This document shows, piece after piece, positions 1 through 8,873 of a DNA stretch of 53,524 nucleotides. Under the pieces are notes generated by a model. That model was not told the origin of the DNA. It ran no database searches and was given only the letters and a program-made list of their open reading frames with translations. Position 1 is the first letter of the stretch. Each line of letters opens with the position of its first letter. Both the position numbers and the translations under genes were made by a program. Source of the stretch: Anaerovoracaceae bacterium (GTDB lineage Bacteria; Bacillota; Clostridia; Peptostreptococcales; Anaerovoracaceae); the NCBI GenBank assembly GCA_963648085.1, contig CAVJDC010000001.1, positions 1 to 53,524 of the forward strand. Direction: 5' to 3'.

Positions 1-1
1 G

Positions 2-184
2 CCATATATAGACTTTGATACCTCCATGAAAAATCAGCTGCGCAGCGGATATGGAAGGTACTTTATGGACGGCGTGCATCCAAACCCAGCAGGTCACAAG
101 CTGATTGCCGGCATTGCAAAGAAGGCATTTATAAAAATGGGACTTTTGCCAAAGCCTGAAGATGATGACCGGTTTGCGTTGTAA
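2..184 (+). CDS. SGNH/GDSL-family hydrolase, C-terminal fragment (5' end lies outside the window)
   Basis: Frame 2 is open from the window edge to TAA at 182-184. The translation ...GRYFMDGVHPNPAGHKLIAGIAKKAF... contains the block-V D-x-x-H motif (DGVH) typical of SGNH hydrolases. Confidence 0.6.
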   Translation, partial: PYIDFDTSMKNQLRSGYGRYFMDGVHPNPAGHKLIAGIAKKAFIKMGLLPKPEDDDRFAL

Positions 185-210
185 AGCTATAACGAAAGGA
201 AAAGTTTATT

Positions 211-1047
211 ATGAAGGATTTTGAGGATAATATAATAAAACTAAGAAAAATACTTGACGAGAGCAAGAAAATTGTTTTCTTTGGAGGTGCGGGCGTTTCG
301 ACAGAGAGTGGTGTGCCTGATTTTCGTTCAGAAAATGGACTTTGGAATGCAAAGACACGTTTCAATATGATGCCTGAAGAGATTGTAAGTCACTCATTTT
401 TTATGAGCAGAACTGATGATTTTTTCGAATATTATATGCAAAATCTCATTTTCACTGGAGTTGACCCAAATTCTACTCATTATGCACTTGCCGAGCTTGA
501 GAGACAAGGAAAACTGAGAGCAATCGTCACGCAGAATATCGATGGGCTTCATCAGGCTGCTGGAAATACCGAGGTTTATGAGCTTCATGGGACTATTGCA
601 AGATCTCATTGCATGGATTGCGGCAGAGAGTATGATCTTGACTATACTCTGGATAAGAGTCACTGGAAGCCGGGGACATGGACTCCATTGTGTGAAGACT
701 GCGGGGGAATCGTCAAGCCAGATGTAGTTCTTTATGAAGAGGCACTAGATGACAAGTGCCTGATGGGTGCGCTCCGTGCGATTGAAGAGGCTGACACGTT
801 GATAGTAGGCGGAACATCGCTTGTAGTTTATCCGGCAGCGGGGCTTATCAATTATTTTAGAGGAAAGCATCTTGTGCTGATAAACAAACAGGAGACAAAT
901 TTCGATAACCAGGCAGATCTGGTGATCCACGAGTCACTTGGAAAAGTATTTGCGGCGGCAGTTGATGGAATTGAGTTTGCGGAAAAGCCAGTAAAACTTG
1001 CGGATGGCAACGTGAGTGCAGCCGATTTGCCGGAAGACAAAGAGTAG
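211..1047 (+). CDS. cobB: NAD-dependent protein deacylase, Sir2 (sirtuin) family
   Basis: 278-aa ORF with a purine-rich SD (gaaaggaaaag) upstream. It has the GAGVSTESGVPDFRS NAD-binding motif, the QNIDGLH catalytic-His motif, and a Zn ribbon (CMDCG...CEDCGG). Confidence 0.93.
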   Translation: MKDFEDNIIKLRKILDESKKIVFFGGAGVSTESGVPDFRSENGLWNAKTRFNMMPEEIVSHSFFMSRTDDFFEYYMQNLIFTGVDPNSTHYALAELERQGKLRAIVTQNIDGLHQAAGNTEVYELHGTIARSHCMDCGREYDLDYTLDKSHWKPGTWTPLCEDCGGIVKPDVVLYEEALDDKCLMGALRAIEEADTLIVGGTSLVVYPAAGLINYFRGKHLVLINKQETNFDNQADLVIHESLGKVFAAAVDGIEFAEKPVKLADGNVSAADLPEDKE

Positions 1048-1157
1048 CCGAGGGCAGCTGTAGGATGGTCGGATTAGTGCGAGCTGGAGCCGAGGGCAGC
1101 TGCAGGATGGCCGGCTTGGTGTGAGCTGGAGCTGAGGGCAACTGCAGGATGGCCGGC
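1047..1157. repeat. Intergenic tandem repeat, 42-bp unit x 2.6 (gccgagggcagctgcaggatggccggcttggtgtgagctgga)
   Basis: Unit starts at 1047, 1089 and 1131 give an exact 42-bp period. The array begins on the last base of the cobB stop codon. It is GC-rich compared with the flanking A/T-rich spacer. Confidence 0.9.
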
Positions 1158-1233
1158 AAATCGTTGATGGTAAGAAAAAGAAATATGAAAAATATGAAAA
1201 AATAAAAAAATATAAAGGAAGGAACATAGATAA

Positions 1234-2013
1234 ATGAATATATTGGTGGCAAATGATGACGGAATTTTTGCGAAGGGCCTTCATGTCTTAGTGGAGGCTT
1301 TGGCTCGTGTGCCGGGAAGTAGGGTTTATGTGGTGGCACCAGACAGCCAGCGCAGTGCATGTGGTCATGGGATAAGTATGAACAAGATAGTGATGGTCAA
1401 TGATGAAGCTGTACCAGGTGCTGTGTGGGCACAGTCGATTTCAGGCACACCGGCTGACTGTGTGAAGTATGGCATAAAACACCTAAGGGACGAGCATGAT
1501 GTGGAGATAGATGTCGTATTTTCAGGAATAAATCACGGAGGAAACGTAGGAACAGACGTTTTTTACTCCGGAACAGTCTCGGCAGCTATAGAGGGAGTAT
1601 TTTGCGGAGTTCCTGCTGTCGCTGTGTCTGTGGGAACACATCAGCCGACTGATGAAATGCTTTACAATACTCAGAAGATAATATGCGAAATATGCGAAAA
1701 GGTCGTACCTAAGCTCGATAAAGGCACAGTTGTGAATGTCAATTTCCCAAAATGTGCACCAGAGGAAATCAAAGGACTCCGCGCTGCAAGATTAGGACCT
1801 AGAGAATACAACGAAAGCTTTGATATACTTGAGAATCCAAAGGGAATGAAATATTTTTGGTATACAGGCATACCGAAGGTATATGAAGATCTTCCAGACG
1901 GCATTGATACAGAAGAATTTCAAAATGGTTATATCACAGTGACGCCGCTTAAGATTGATATCACAGACGAGGAGCTGCTCGAAAGTGTATACGATTGGGG
2001 ATTGGAATATTAA
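1234..2013 (+). CDS. surE: 5'/3'-nucleotidase SurE
   Basis: The N-terminus MNILVANDDGI carries the DDG metal site. GINHGGNVGTDVFYSGTVSAAIEG is the SurE signature. The length, 259 aa, is typical. Confidence 0.95.
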   Translation: MNILVANDDGIFAKGLHVLVEALARVPGSRVYVVAPDSQRSACGHGISMNKIVMVNDEAVPGAVWAQSISGTPADCVKYGIKHLRDEHDVEIDVVFSGINHGGNVGTDVFYSGTVSAAIEGVFCGVPAVAVSVGTHQPTDEMLYNTQKIICEICEKVVPKLDKGTVVNVNFPKCAPEEIKGLRAARLGPREYNESFDILENPKGMKYFWYTGIPKVYEDLPDGIDTEEFQNGYITVTPLKIDITDEELLESVYDWGLEY

Positions 2014-2297
2014 AATAAAGGCTTGACTGGCTTGATGGAGACTGCATAGGCAGTGAGCTTGAGACCAAAGCACCGATTGACTGAAGAGGACAGTTGATGC
2101 AGGTGGGGGGAATTGGGCCAGTTGATTAAAAATAAAAGAGATGGAGGAAAATAACAACGAATTTTTTTAGAAATGTCATAACACTCGAAGACAGAGAAAA
2201 AATAAGCAGATATGTTGACGGCGCTGCAAATGGCCGCGCAAGCAGCTGCGCAAACGGCGGCACTGGCGGTCGTTACATTTTTCATGAGACATCTGGG

Positions 2298-3185
2298 ATG
2301 TCATATTCCTCGCTTTACATGTGGAGCAAGGAATATGCATATTCTTATGATATCATACAAGATCATCTGTGTGTTGCAGGGCTGAGCAACTTTGAAGGAG
2401 AGCCAGAGGCACCATTTTTGTTTCCTGCTCTTCCGGAAAATGGAATTTTTGAAGTGCCGCATTATCGCAAAATATTAGAAGAAATGGACAGGCGGTTTGA
2501 GGCGACGGGTAAGCCGTTTGTCATGCGGCTTATTCCCGAGGAAATCAAGAATGTGATGAATGATGCACGTCCAGACAGATATATCTTTATAGAGGATCCG
2601 TCAAATTATGATTATCTTTATAGCATAGAGCAGCTCTCAGCACTTCGAGGCAAGAGATTTCACGGCAAGAAAAATCACGTGAATCGTTTCGATAAAGAAT
2701 ATGAGGGAAGGTTTGCTATGGAAGATGTCTCAAGTGAAAATGCAGAAGAAATTCTTGAACTTGTCAAGCGTATCAATAAAAAGAAGGAACTTGACGGAAT
2801 CGAGGAAAAGCTGCTGCGTGATGAAGAGCGTATGATGGAAGAAATCATGAGCGAATATGATAAAATTGGTCTGGAGGGGATCCTTCTCAGGATAGACGGC
2901 AGAGCGGAAGGTATAGCATTTGGCGGAAGGCTTGGAAAGGATACGATAGTAGAGCATGTAGAAAAGGCAGATGTCGATTATTGTGGAATCTATCAAAAGC
3001 TAAACAACGAATTTTGCATCCGCATGAAGCAGCATTACACATATGTCAATCGTGAGGAAGATATGGGCATAGAAGGGCTGCGCCGCTCAAAGCTCTCATA
3101 CAAGCCGATACGACTCATAAAAAAATATATTGCACTGCATAAAGATGACGCAGAGGCGATGAATCTTTATGGATCGCCATTTTAA
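2298..3185 (+). CDS. DUF2156 domain protein (related to the lysyl-phosphatidylglycerol synthase C-terminal domain); the true N-terminus is probably upstream
   Basis: 295-aa ORF with LSALRGKRFHGKKNHVNRF and EKADVDYCGIYQKLNNEF segments typical of DUF2156. The frame stays open upstream to 2136 and encodes a family-like ITLEDREKISRYV segment without any ATG/GTG/TTG (see finding). Confidence 0.75.
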   Translation: MSYSSLYMWSKEYAYSYDIIQDHLCVAGLSNFEGEPEAPFLFPALPENGIFEVPHYRKILEEMDRRFEATGKPFVMRLIPEEIKNVMNDARPDRYIFIEDPSNYDYLYSIEQLSALRGKRFHGKKNHVNRFDKEYEGRFAMEDVSSENAEEILELVKRINKKKELDGIEEKLLRDEERMMEEIMSEYDKIGLEGILLRIDGRAEGIAFGGRLGKDTIVEHVEKADVDYCGIYQKLNNEFCIRMKQHYTYVNREEDMGIEGLRRSKLSYKPIRLIKKYIALHKDDAEAMNLYGSPF

Positions 3186-3230
3186 GTAGAAAGCCGCGGC
3201 TTCTATAAGTTGGAATAGTTTATGTTAAAA

Positions 3231-3272
3231 GCAGAGCACTGATCAAGCGAGCTTGGCAGTGCTCTGCTTTTT
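3231..3272 (+). terminator. Rho-independent terminator downstream of the DUF2156 gene
   Basis: An 11-bp perfect stem (gcagagcactg / cagtgctctgc) with a 15-nt loop is followed by ttttt. Confidence 0.75.
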
Positions 3273-3585
3273 GCATTCTGTAATTTCACTCATTCTTTGT
3301 CATCATTCATTTGGATTAGATCTCTGATGCTGTAAATAAAATGTAAACAAAAAAGAAACAAAAATGTAAAAGAGAATCATCAACATACTTACTATACTAC
3401 AACAAAAATTGCTAACACACAAAATGGAAAGAGTTACATATAGTTTGGTCTAGCTTGTGGAATTACACGAAAACAATTTGAAAAATTGTATCACATGAGT
3501 TAACATTCATCCATTACAATGGCTCAGGAAATTGAACGATGATGAAATTAAAATTCGATGAAATGATAGCGAAAGGAGGATCGCA

Positions 3586-6500
3586 ATGCAAAAGAATTTG
3601 TCTCAAAGGATGAATGAATATGTGAAAGAACATTTGCGCACGAAGAACAGGAGACGCTTTGTGACTGCCATGGCATGCATAGTAATATTTTGCACGGTCT
3701 ATGAGCTGATCCTTCCGGCTGTCACGATGAGTGCAGATATATATTGTGGAAAAGAAGAGCACACTCATAGTGCCGGATGCTATGAAAATGTGCTTATTTG
3801 TGGACAGGAAGAATCGGAATCACACGAGCATATTGACGAGTGCTATGAAGAGCAGTTTGTATGTGAGATAGAAGAGCACACTCACAGCATGAGCTGTCAT
3901 TCCAATCCCGACGCAGACATCGAGACGCAGGAGGATTGGGAGAAGACTATTCCTGCTGACCTTGGCGACAGCTGGGCAGAAAATGTAGTAGCTGTGGCTC
4001 AAAGACAGCTGGGATATTGCGAAAGCAGTGTAAACTATGAGGTAGATGATGACAATACTACCCGTGGATATACTCGTTATGGTGCATGGTATGGCGCCCC
4101 TTATGCAGATTGGGATGCTATGTTTGTGTCATTCTGTCTAAATTACGCGGGAGTACCTCAGGATCGTTTTCCTTATGAGGCAGACTGCGCTGATTGGATG
4201 CAGAATCTGCAAAAGGCAGGACTTTATGCTGCAGCTAAGGATTATACCCCAGTATCTGGTGATATTATTTTCTTTGAGAATGGCAGTGACAGCCTTTCTG
4301 ACCACGTGGGAATCGTATCAGAAGTAAAGACTGCAGACGGTGATGCAACTGTCTGTACTATTGAGGGAAATGTCGGAGATAAGGTTTCTAAGTGTGAGTA
4401 TGATCTGACAGACAAGGATATCTTAGGCTATGGCATTTTGCCTTTAAATTGCGAATGCTATGATGATGCCGGAAGCCGTATTTGTGATGACGACTGTGAT
4501 TGCGATTGTCATAAATCAGATGAGATCAAAGAGGCTGAAAGTAAAGAGGATACAAATAAAGATGCTGCAAGCAAAGAGAACGCAAGTAAAGATAATGCAA
4601 GCGAAGAGGACGGTGCAAAAGAGGGCGCGCAGGGTGCTTATTCGCTTAGCTGCAAGGGTGAGGACTATGAAATCATTCTTACGTGGAATGAGGAAGGAGT
4701 TCTGCCTGAAAATACTACAGTGACTGCTGCAGAGATTTCCCAGGACAGCGAGGAATATCAGAAATATTACGATGATACAGTGACTGCACTGCAGGAAAAA
4801 GGAAGCTTAGAAGAAGGTAAGGATTTTTCCTTCGCCCGTTATTTTGATATACAGCTCACTAGTGATGGAAAGAGTGTGGAACCAAATGGAACAGTTGATG
4901 TAACTGTTCGTTATGATGAATTGACCACAAATGACATGCAAGTAGGAACTATTCACTTTACCTCAGATGGCAGTGAAATCTTAGATGCTACTGCAGTTGA
5001 TGATGAGTCGGGTGGTACAGCGATTACAAACCAGCAGGACAGCTTTTCTGTCATTGGCAACTTCGGTTTCTACGATGCGATGGTGACTAGTGCAGATTCT
5101 ACGGCTACTGGTGCGACTCAGGCGACTGTAAAGCTAGAGTGGGCAGATGGCGAGGAACATGCGGAGTCTTACACTATTACGCTGAAAAAAAGCGATGATG
5201 ATTCAACAGTTGCCACTGCTGTGCTAAGTGCAGACAATAGCTACTCCTATACATTTACAGGGCTTTACGCCAACACGACCTACTATGTAGATTATGCGAT
5301 TGACGGCTACAAAACAACAGAATCAGCGACGACATCCGCAAGCACATCATGGACAAAGGCAAGCAGCTTATCGAGCGGCAATACCTATGTCTTGGTATAT
5401 AACAACTCAAATAGTGTTTCTACAAGCGACAGCAGTCTCGCACAAGGAAGCGCAACAGTGTCTGGCAATACGCTTACTAGTGACGTACCAGAGGCGATGC
5501 AGTGGAAGTATACCAACAGCAAGCTGCAAAATGCCAGCACAGGCACATATTTGACATTGAATGCAACTCAGTCAGGTTGGGGTTGGTGGTCGTCTTCTTA
5601 CACGTACAGCTGGGGCTTAGGCAACGGAACGAATATTACTTACAGTAATAATAAGATTTCCAGTACAGCAAATAATACAACACGCTATTTGCAAAATTAC
5701 AATGGTGCAGCAAGTGGGCAGAGTAGCGGCACTGCCTACACTTTATATCAGAAATCTGATATTACAGAGATGCAATTTACGATTAAAGCAGTGCAGGATG
5801 CAAGCGAAATCGTTGAACCAGACGACTATAATGCCACATATAATTTTGAACACAACAAGACGATCGATTCACTAAATGACGGAGCAGAAAATCCGGATAC
5901 AAGCCTTGCAGGACAGGACTTCTATCGCCTTTATCTCGACATGACCGGCAAGACGGAGCCTATAGACCTGGTGGTTGTAGTAGATGCGTCTGGCAGCATG
6001 ACTAAGACAGACATGACTGTAAATGGACAATCAGGTCAGACACGTGTCGCAGCGATAAACAATTTCATGAATGGCACGACAGGCAGCAGCTACAATAGCG
6101 ATGGCTTTGTTTCGAAATTCCTAAGCATGAACAGTGAAAATCAGATCTCGGTGGTCAGATTCTATGGTCCTACAGGAATCACTACAACTTCACCGAGCTA
6201 CAGCTATAGCAAAGACAGTGATGTGCGCTGCAACTGGACAAGCACGGTACAGTATGTAAACTGCTCAAATCAAAGCAACAATGGTACAAACTACGAAGCA
6301 GGACTGCTGCAGGCAAGCGCCCAATTTGAGAAGGTTGCTGACAGTGGTCACAAAAAGGTCATGATCTTCTTGTCTGATGGTGTGCCTACCTTTTATATTG
6401 ATGATAATGGCAGCAGACAGGGAACAGGTGTCTATGCAAACCAAACCAACGTCAGCAACTGTAAGCAGCCTTCAAAGGATGCTTTCGACGCCTTCCGCAA

Positions 6501-8847
6501 GAGTAATCCTGACGTAGATGTTTATACTGTCGGTGTTTCAGAAGATGTCACATCAGACGATCTGGACGGCTCACAAAGTCCAGAGGTTCTTCAGTATATG
6601 GCAAATAATGGCAATGGAACATTCTATGCAATCGAATCCGATATGAGTGAATTGACACTAAAGCTGCTGAACAATTGGTTCCCTTATAATGTTTCCATCA
6701 CTGACAAGCTGAGCAAATATGTCAGCTACTATGAGGATCAGCCAGACGTAAAGGTAACCATGAAAAATCGGGAGACTGGAGATGTGACCACACTTTATGA
6801 AAATGGAAAGGTCCTAGATACGAGCATCCTAAAGAACGTATATTACCTGCCAGATGATACAAGTACTGAACCAACTGGATCTACCGGCGTGGTGAGAGCA
6901 GTATTTGATTCTAGTTATCACATGAATCCAAACTATATTTATACGCTGTCATTTAATGTAAAGACCACACAGACAGCATATAATGAGTATGCAGATCATG
7001 ACAATAGCTATCAGAGCGTAACTGGTGATGCGGATACTGACTACGGCACAAACGCTACAAGCTCGAATCAGCCTGGGTTCCACTCAAACAATGCAGCGTG
7101 GGTGTCTTACACTGTGAAAGGAAATTCATATGATTCGGGATATAAGCACCCTGTAGTGCAGGTCTATAACAAGAGCAAGGATGATGACTCAACCCAGGAA
7201 GAGGGTCCAGCCCACGAAGATACCACACCTGAGTTTGAGCACAACAAGACGATCGACTCACTAAATGACGGAGTAGAAAATCCAGACACTAGTCTGGCAG
7301 GACAGGACTTTTATCGTCTTTATCTTGATATGACTGGCAAGAGCGAACCGATTGACCTGCTGCTTGTCGTAGATGGTTCGGGCAGTATGATGACTTATAG
7401 CGACATCGATGGACAGCGACGTGATGCTGCATTGAGCGATTTCGTGAATGGCACCGACACCGAGGAGGGTTTTGTTTCCTACTTCCTCGGATTAAATGAT
7501 GATAATAAAGTTTCAGTTATCCAGTTTGCTGGTGATGCTACGTACAACGGAGACTACAGCAGCAGCGGTAGTACTACCAACTATGGTTCCCTCGGGGGAA
7601 ATGGAGGAAATAATATATCTAAGAGCAGCTGGTCTGCGGACAAGGACAGCAGAGTGCTGATGGACTGGAAAACTGCAGAAGCTATTGGCACTACGGAAAT
7701 AGATACTACTGCACAGCAGTACCAAGGAACAAACTATGAAGCAGGTCTGAAGCTGGCAGCGACGCAGTTTAAAAGTGAAGCTGTTGCTGGTGACGGACAC
7801 CGCAAGATTATGCTGTTCCTGTCAGACGGTGCGCCTACTTACTTTATCATCGACCAAAATGATGTAGGAAAAAAATCTGCCTATAATGGATCGTCAAATA
7901 TGAAAGATACCGATCTTACTGCCAGCAACGTTGGAAAGAGATATGGTCATGGCTTCGGTACGGAATATGCTGACACAAAAGAAGCAACAATGCAGGCTTT
8001 CGATGACTTCGTGGCAGCCAATCCTACTGTTACAGTTCACACTGTTGGTGTCTCAGAAGATGTCACACAGGTAGTGTACGGTTCTGGAAACGATGGCGTA
8101 ATCAGCAGTCCAGAGGTTCTCCAATATATGGCTAAAAATGGCGGCGGCAATTACTATGCAGTTACTAATAGCTTCTCGACATTGAAGACGGATTTAAAAA
8201 ATGTTCTCTTCCCACATGATGTCACCATCACAGATATGCTGAGCAAGTATGTGCGTTATTATGGCACGCAGCCAGACGTAAAGGTGACGATGAAGGATAA
8301 TTCTGGAAATGAAACTGTCCTGTATGAAAATGGTGCCGTTACATCTGCTGCATCCGGAATCCTGACAGGTGTCACATATACAGATGGCGACACATCCGAT
8401 ATGCCTTCAAGCTCTACCGGAACAGTAAAAGCAATCTTTGACGAGAACTACTGCTTCGACCCGGCTTACGTATATACGCTGTCATTCAATGTCAAGACCA
8501 CGCAGACCGCATATAATGTATATAAGTCAAATGGCAGCAATTACAAAGATGTCATTGGTGATAAAGAAACAGACTATGGCACAAATACCACAAGCTCGGA
8601 AGAGCCTGGCTTCCATTCCAACACAAGAGCGTATGTCACCTATAGCGTCGACGACACTTCTTATACCAGAGAATATGACCATCCAGTCATCCAGGTTGAT
8701 ATCTATTCAGATATAAAGCTGCCAGAAACAGGCGGTATAGGCACCACACCATTCTATATAATAGGAGGTCTCCTTGCTGCCGCTGCTGGCGTCATACTGG
8801 TGACCAGAAAACGCATGAACAAAACTGATGAAGCATCAATCCGTTGA
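3586..8847 (+). CDS. LPXTG-anchored surface protein: N-terminal membrane segment, Cys/His-rich motif, CHAP-like domain (Cys replaced by Asp), two tandem vWFA (MIDAS) + Ig-like stalk modules, LPETG sorting signal
   Basis: 1753-aa ORF with SD aaaggagga upstream. N-terminal TM segment: FVTAMACIVIFCTVYELILPAV. CHAP-like block: YGAWYGAPYADWDAMFVSFC...GDIIFF...DHVGIV...TIEGNVGDKVS. Two MIDAS sets: DLVVVVDASGSM/GTNYEAGL/FLSDGVPT and DLLLVVDGSGSM/GTNYEAGL/FLSDGAPT. C-terminus: LPETGG + hydrophobic stretch + RKR. Confidence 0.9.
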   Translation: MQKNLSQRMNEYVKEHLRTKNRRRFVTAMACIVIFCTVYELILPAVTMSADIYCGKEEHTHSAGCYENVLICGQEESESHEHIDECYEEQFVCEIEEHTHSMSCHSNPDADIETQEDWEKTIPADLGDSWAENVVAVAQRQLGYCESSVNYEVDDDNTTRGYTRYGAWYGAPYADWDAMFVSFCLNYAGVPQDRFPYEADCADWMQNLQKAGLYAAAKDYTPVSGDIIFFENGSDSLSDHVGIVSEVKTADGDATVCTIEGNVGDKVSKCEYDLTDKDILGYGILPLNCECYDDAGSRICDDDCDCDCHKSDEIKEAESKEDTNKDAASKENASKDNASEEDGAKEGAQGAYSLSCKGEDYEIILTWNEEGVLPENTTVTAAEISQDSEEYQKYYDDTVTALQEKGSLEEGKDFSFARYFDIQLTSDGKSVEPNGTVDVTVRYDELTTNDMQVGTIHFTSDGSEILDATAVDDESGGTAITNQQDSFSVIGNFGFYDAMVTSADSTATGATQATVKLEWADGEEHAESYTITLKKSDDDSTVATAVLSADNSYSYTFTGLYANTTYYVDYAIDGYKTTESATTSASTSWTKASSLSSGNTYVLVYNNSNSVSTSDSSLAQGSATVSGNTLTSDVPEAMQWKYTNSKLQNASTGTYLTLNATQSGWGWWSSSYTYSWGLGNGTNITYSNNKISSTANNTTRYLQNYNGAASGQSSGTAYTLYQKSDITEMQFTIKAVQDASEIVEPDDYNATYNFEHNKTIDSLNDGAENPDTSLAGQDFYRLYLDMTGKTEPIDLVVVVDASGSMTKTDMTVNGQSGQTRVAAINNFMNGTTGSSYNSDGFVSKFLSMNSENQISVVRFYGPTGITTTSPSYSYSKDSDVRCNWTSTVQYVNCSNQSNNGTNYEAGLLQASAQFEKVADSGHKKVMIFLSDGVPTFYIDDNGSRQGTGVYANQTNVSNCKQPSKDAFDAFRKSNPDVDVYTVGVSEDVTSDDLDGSQSPEVLQYMANNGNGTFYAIESDMSELTLKLLNNWFPYNVSITDKLSKYVSYYEDQPDVKVTMKNRETGDVTTLYENGKVLDTSILKNVYYLPDDTSTEPTGSTGVVRAVFDSSYHMNPNYIYTLSFNVKTTQTAYNEYADHDNSYQSVTGDADTDYGTNATSSNQPGFHSNNAAWVSYTVKGNSYDSGYKHPVVQVYNKSKDDDSTQEEGPAHEDTTPEFEHNKTIDSLNDGVENPDTSLAGQDFYRLYLDMTGKSEPIDLLLVVDGSGSMMTYSDIDGQRRDAALSDFVNGTDTEEGFVSYFLGLNDDNKVSVIQFAGDATYNGDYSSSGSTTNYGSLGGNGGNNISKSSWSADKDSRVLMDWKTAEAIGTTEIDTTAQQYQGTNYEAGLKLAATQFKSEAVAGDGHRKIMLFLSDGAPTYFIIDQNDVGKKSAYNGSSNMKDTDLTASNVGKRYGHGFGTEYADTKEATMQAFDDFVAANPTVTVHTVGVSEDVTQVVYGSGNDGVISSPEVLQYMAKNGGGNYYAVTNSFSTLKTDLKNVLFPHDVTITDMLSKYVRYYGTQPDVKVTMKDNSGNETVLYENGAVTSAASGILTGVTYTDGDTSDMPSSSTGTVKAIFDENYCFDPAYVYTLSFNVKTTQTAYNVYKSNGSNYKDVIGDKETDYGTNTTSSEEPGFHSNTRAYVTYSVDDTSYTREYDHPVIQVDIYSDIKLPETGGIGTTPFYIIGGLLAAAAGVILVTRKRMNKTDEASIR
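5845..8697 (+). repeat. Intragenic tandem duplication of a ~1.3-1.5-kb vWFA-plus-stalk module (copy 1 5845-7164, copy 2 7234-8697)
   Basis: Both copies start with nearly identical DNA encoding FEHNKTIDSLNDG(A/V)ENPDTSLAGQDFYRLYLDMTGK(T/S)EPIDL. Both end with (K/D)HPV(V/I)QV. The copy starts are 1389 bp apart. Confidence 0.9.
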
Positions 8848-8873
8848 TATGACGGATTGGTGCTTTTAAGTTT
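8832..8873 (+). terminator. Probable terminator overlapping the stop codon of the LPETG protein gene
   Basis: A 13-bp stem (agcatcaatccgt / acggattggtgct, one G-U pair) with a 7-nt loop is followed by tttaagttt. Confidence 0.5.

Noticed and set aside
211-1047. The Sir2 domain protein as a possible anti-phage defence component (Thoeris/DSR-like)
   Set aside because: It is a short stand-alone sirtuin with an intact NAD-binding motif, catalytic His and Zn ribbon. It has no fused sensor or effector domain and no defence-type neighbours. It fits a housekeeping CobB-type deacylase.
857-1360. Antisense ORFs 857-1360 (167 aa) and 934-1284 (116 aa) spanning the cobB 3' end, the 42-bp array and the surE start
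   Set aside because: They overlap two well-supported + strand genes. Their sequence is repeat-derived low complexity (PAILQLPSAPA reiterations) with no SD. They are artefacts of the tandem array.
2010-2285. Minus-strand ORF of 91 aa between surE and the DUF2156 gene
   Set aside because: It is Ala/Cys-rich low-complexity translation with no SD. It lies antisense to the open upstream extension of the DUF2156 frame.
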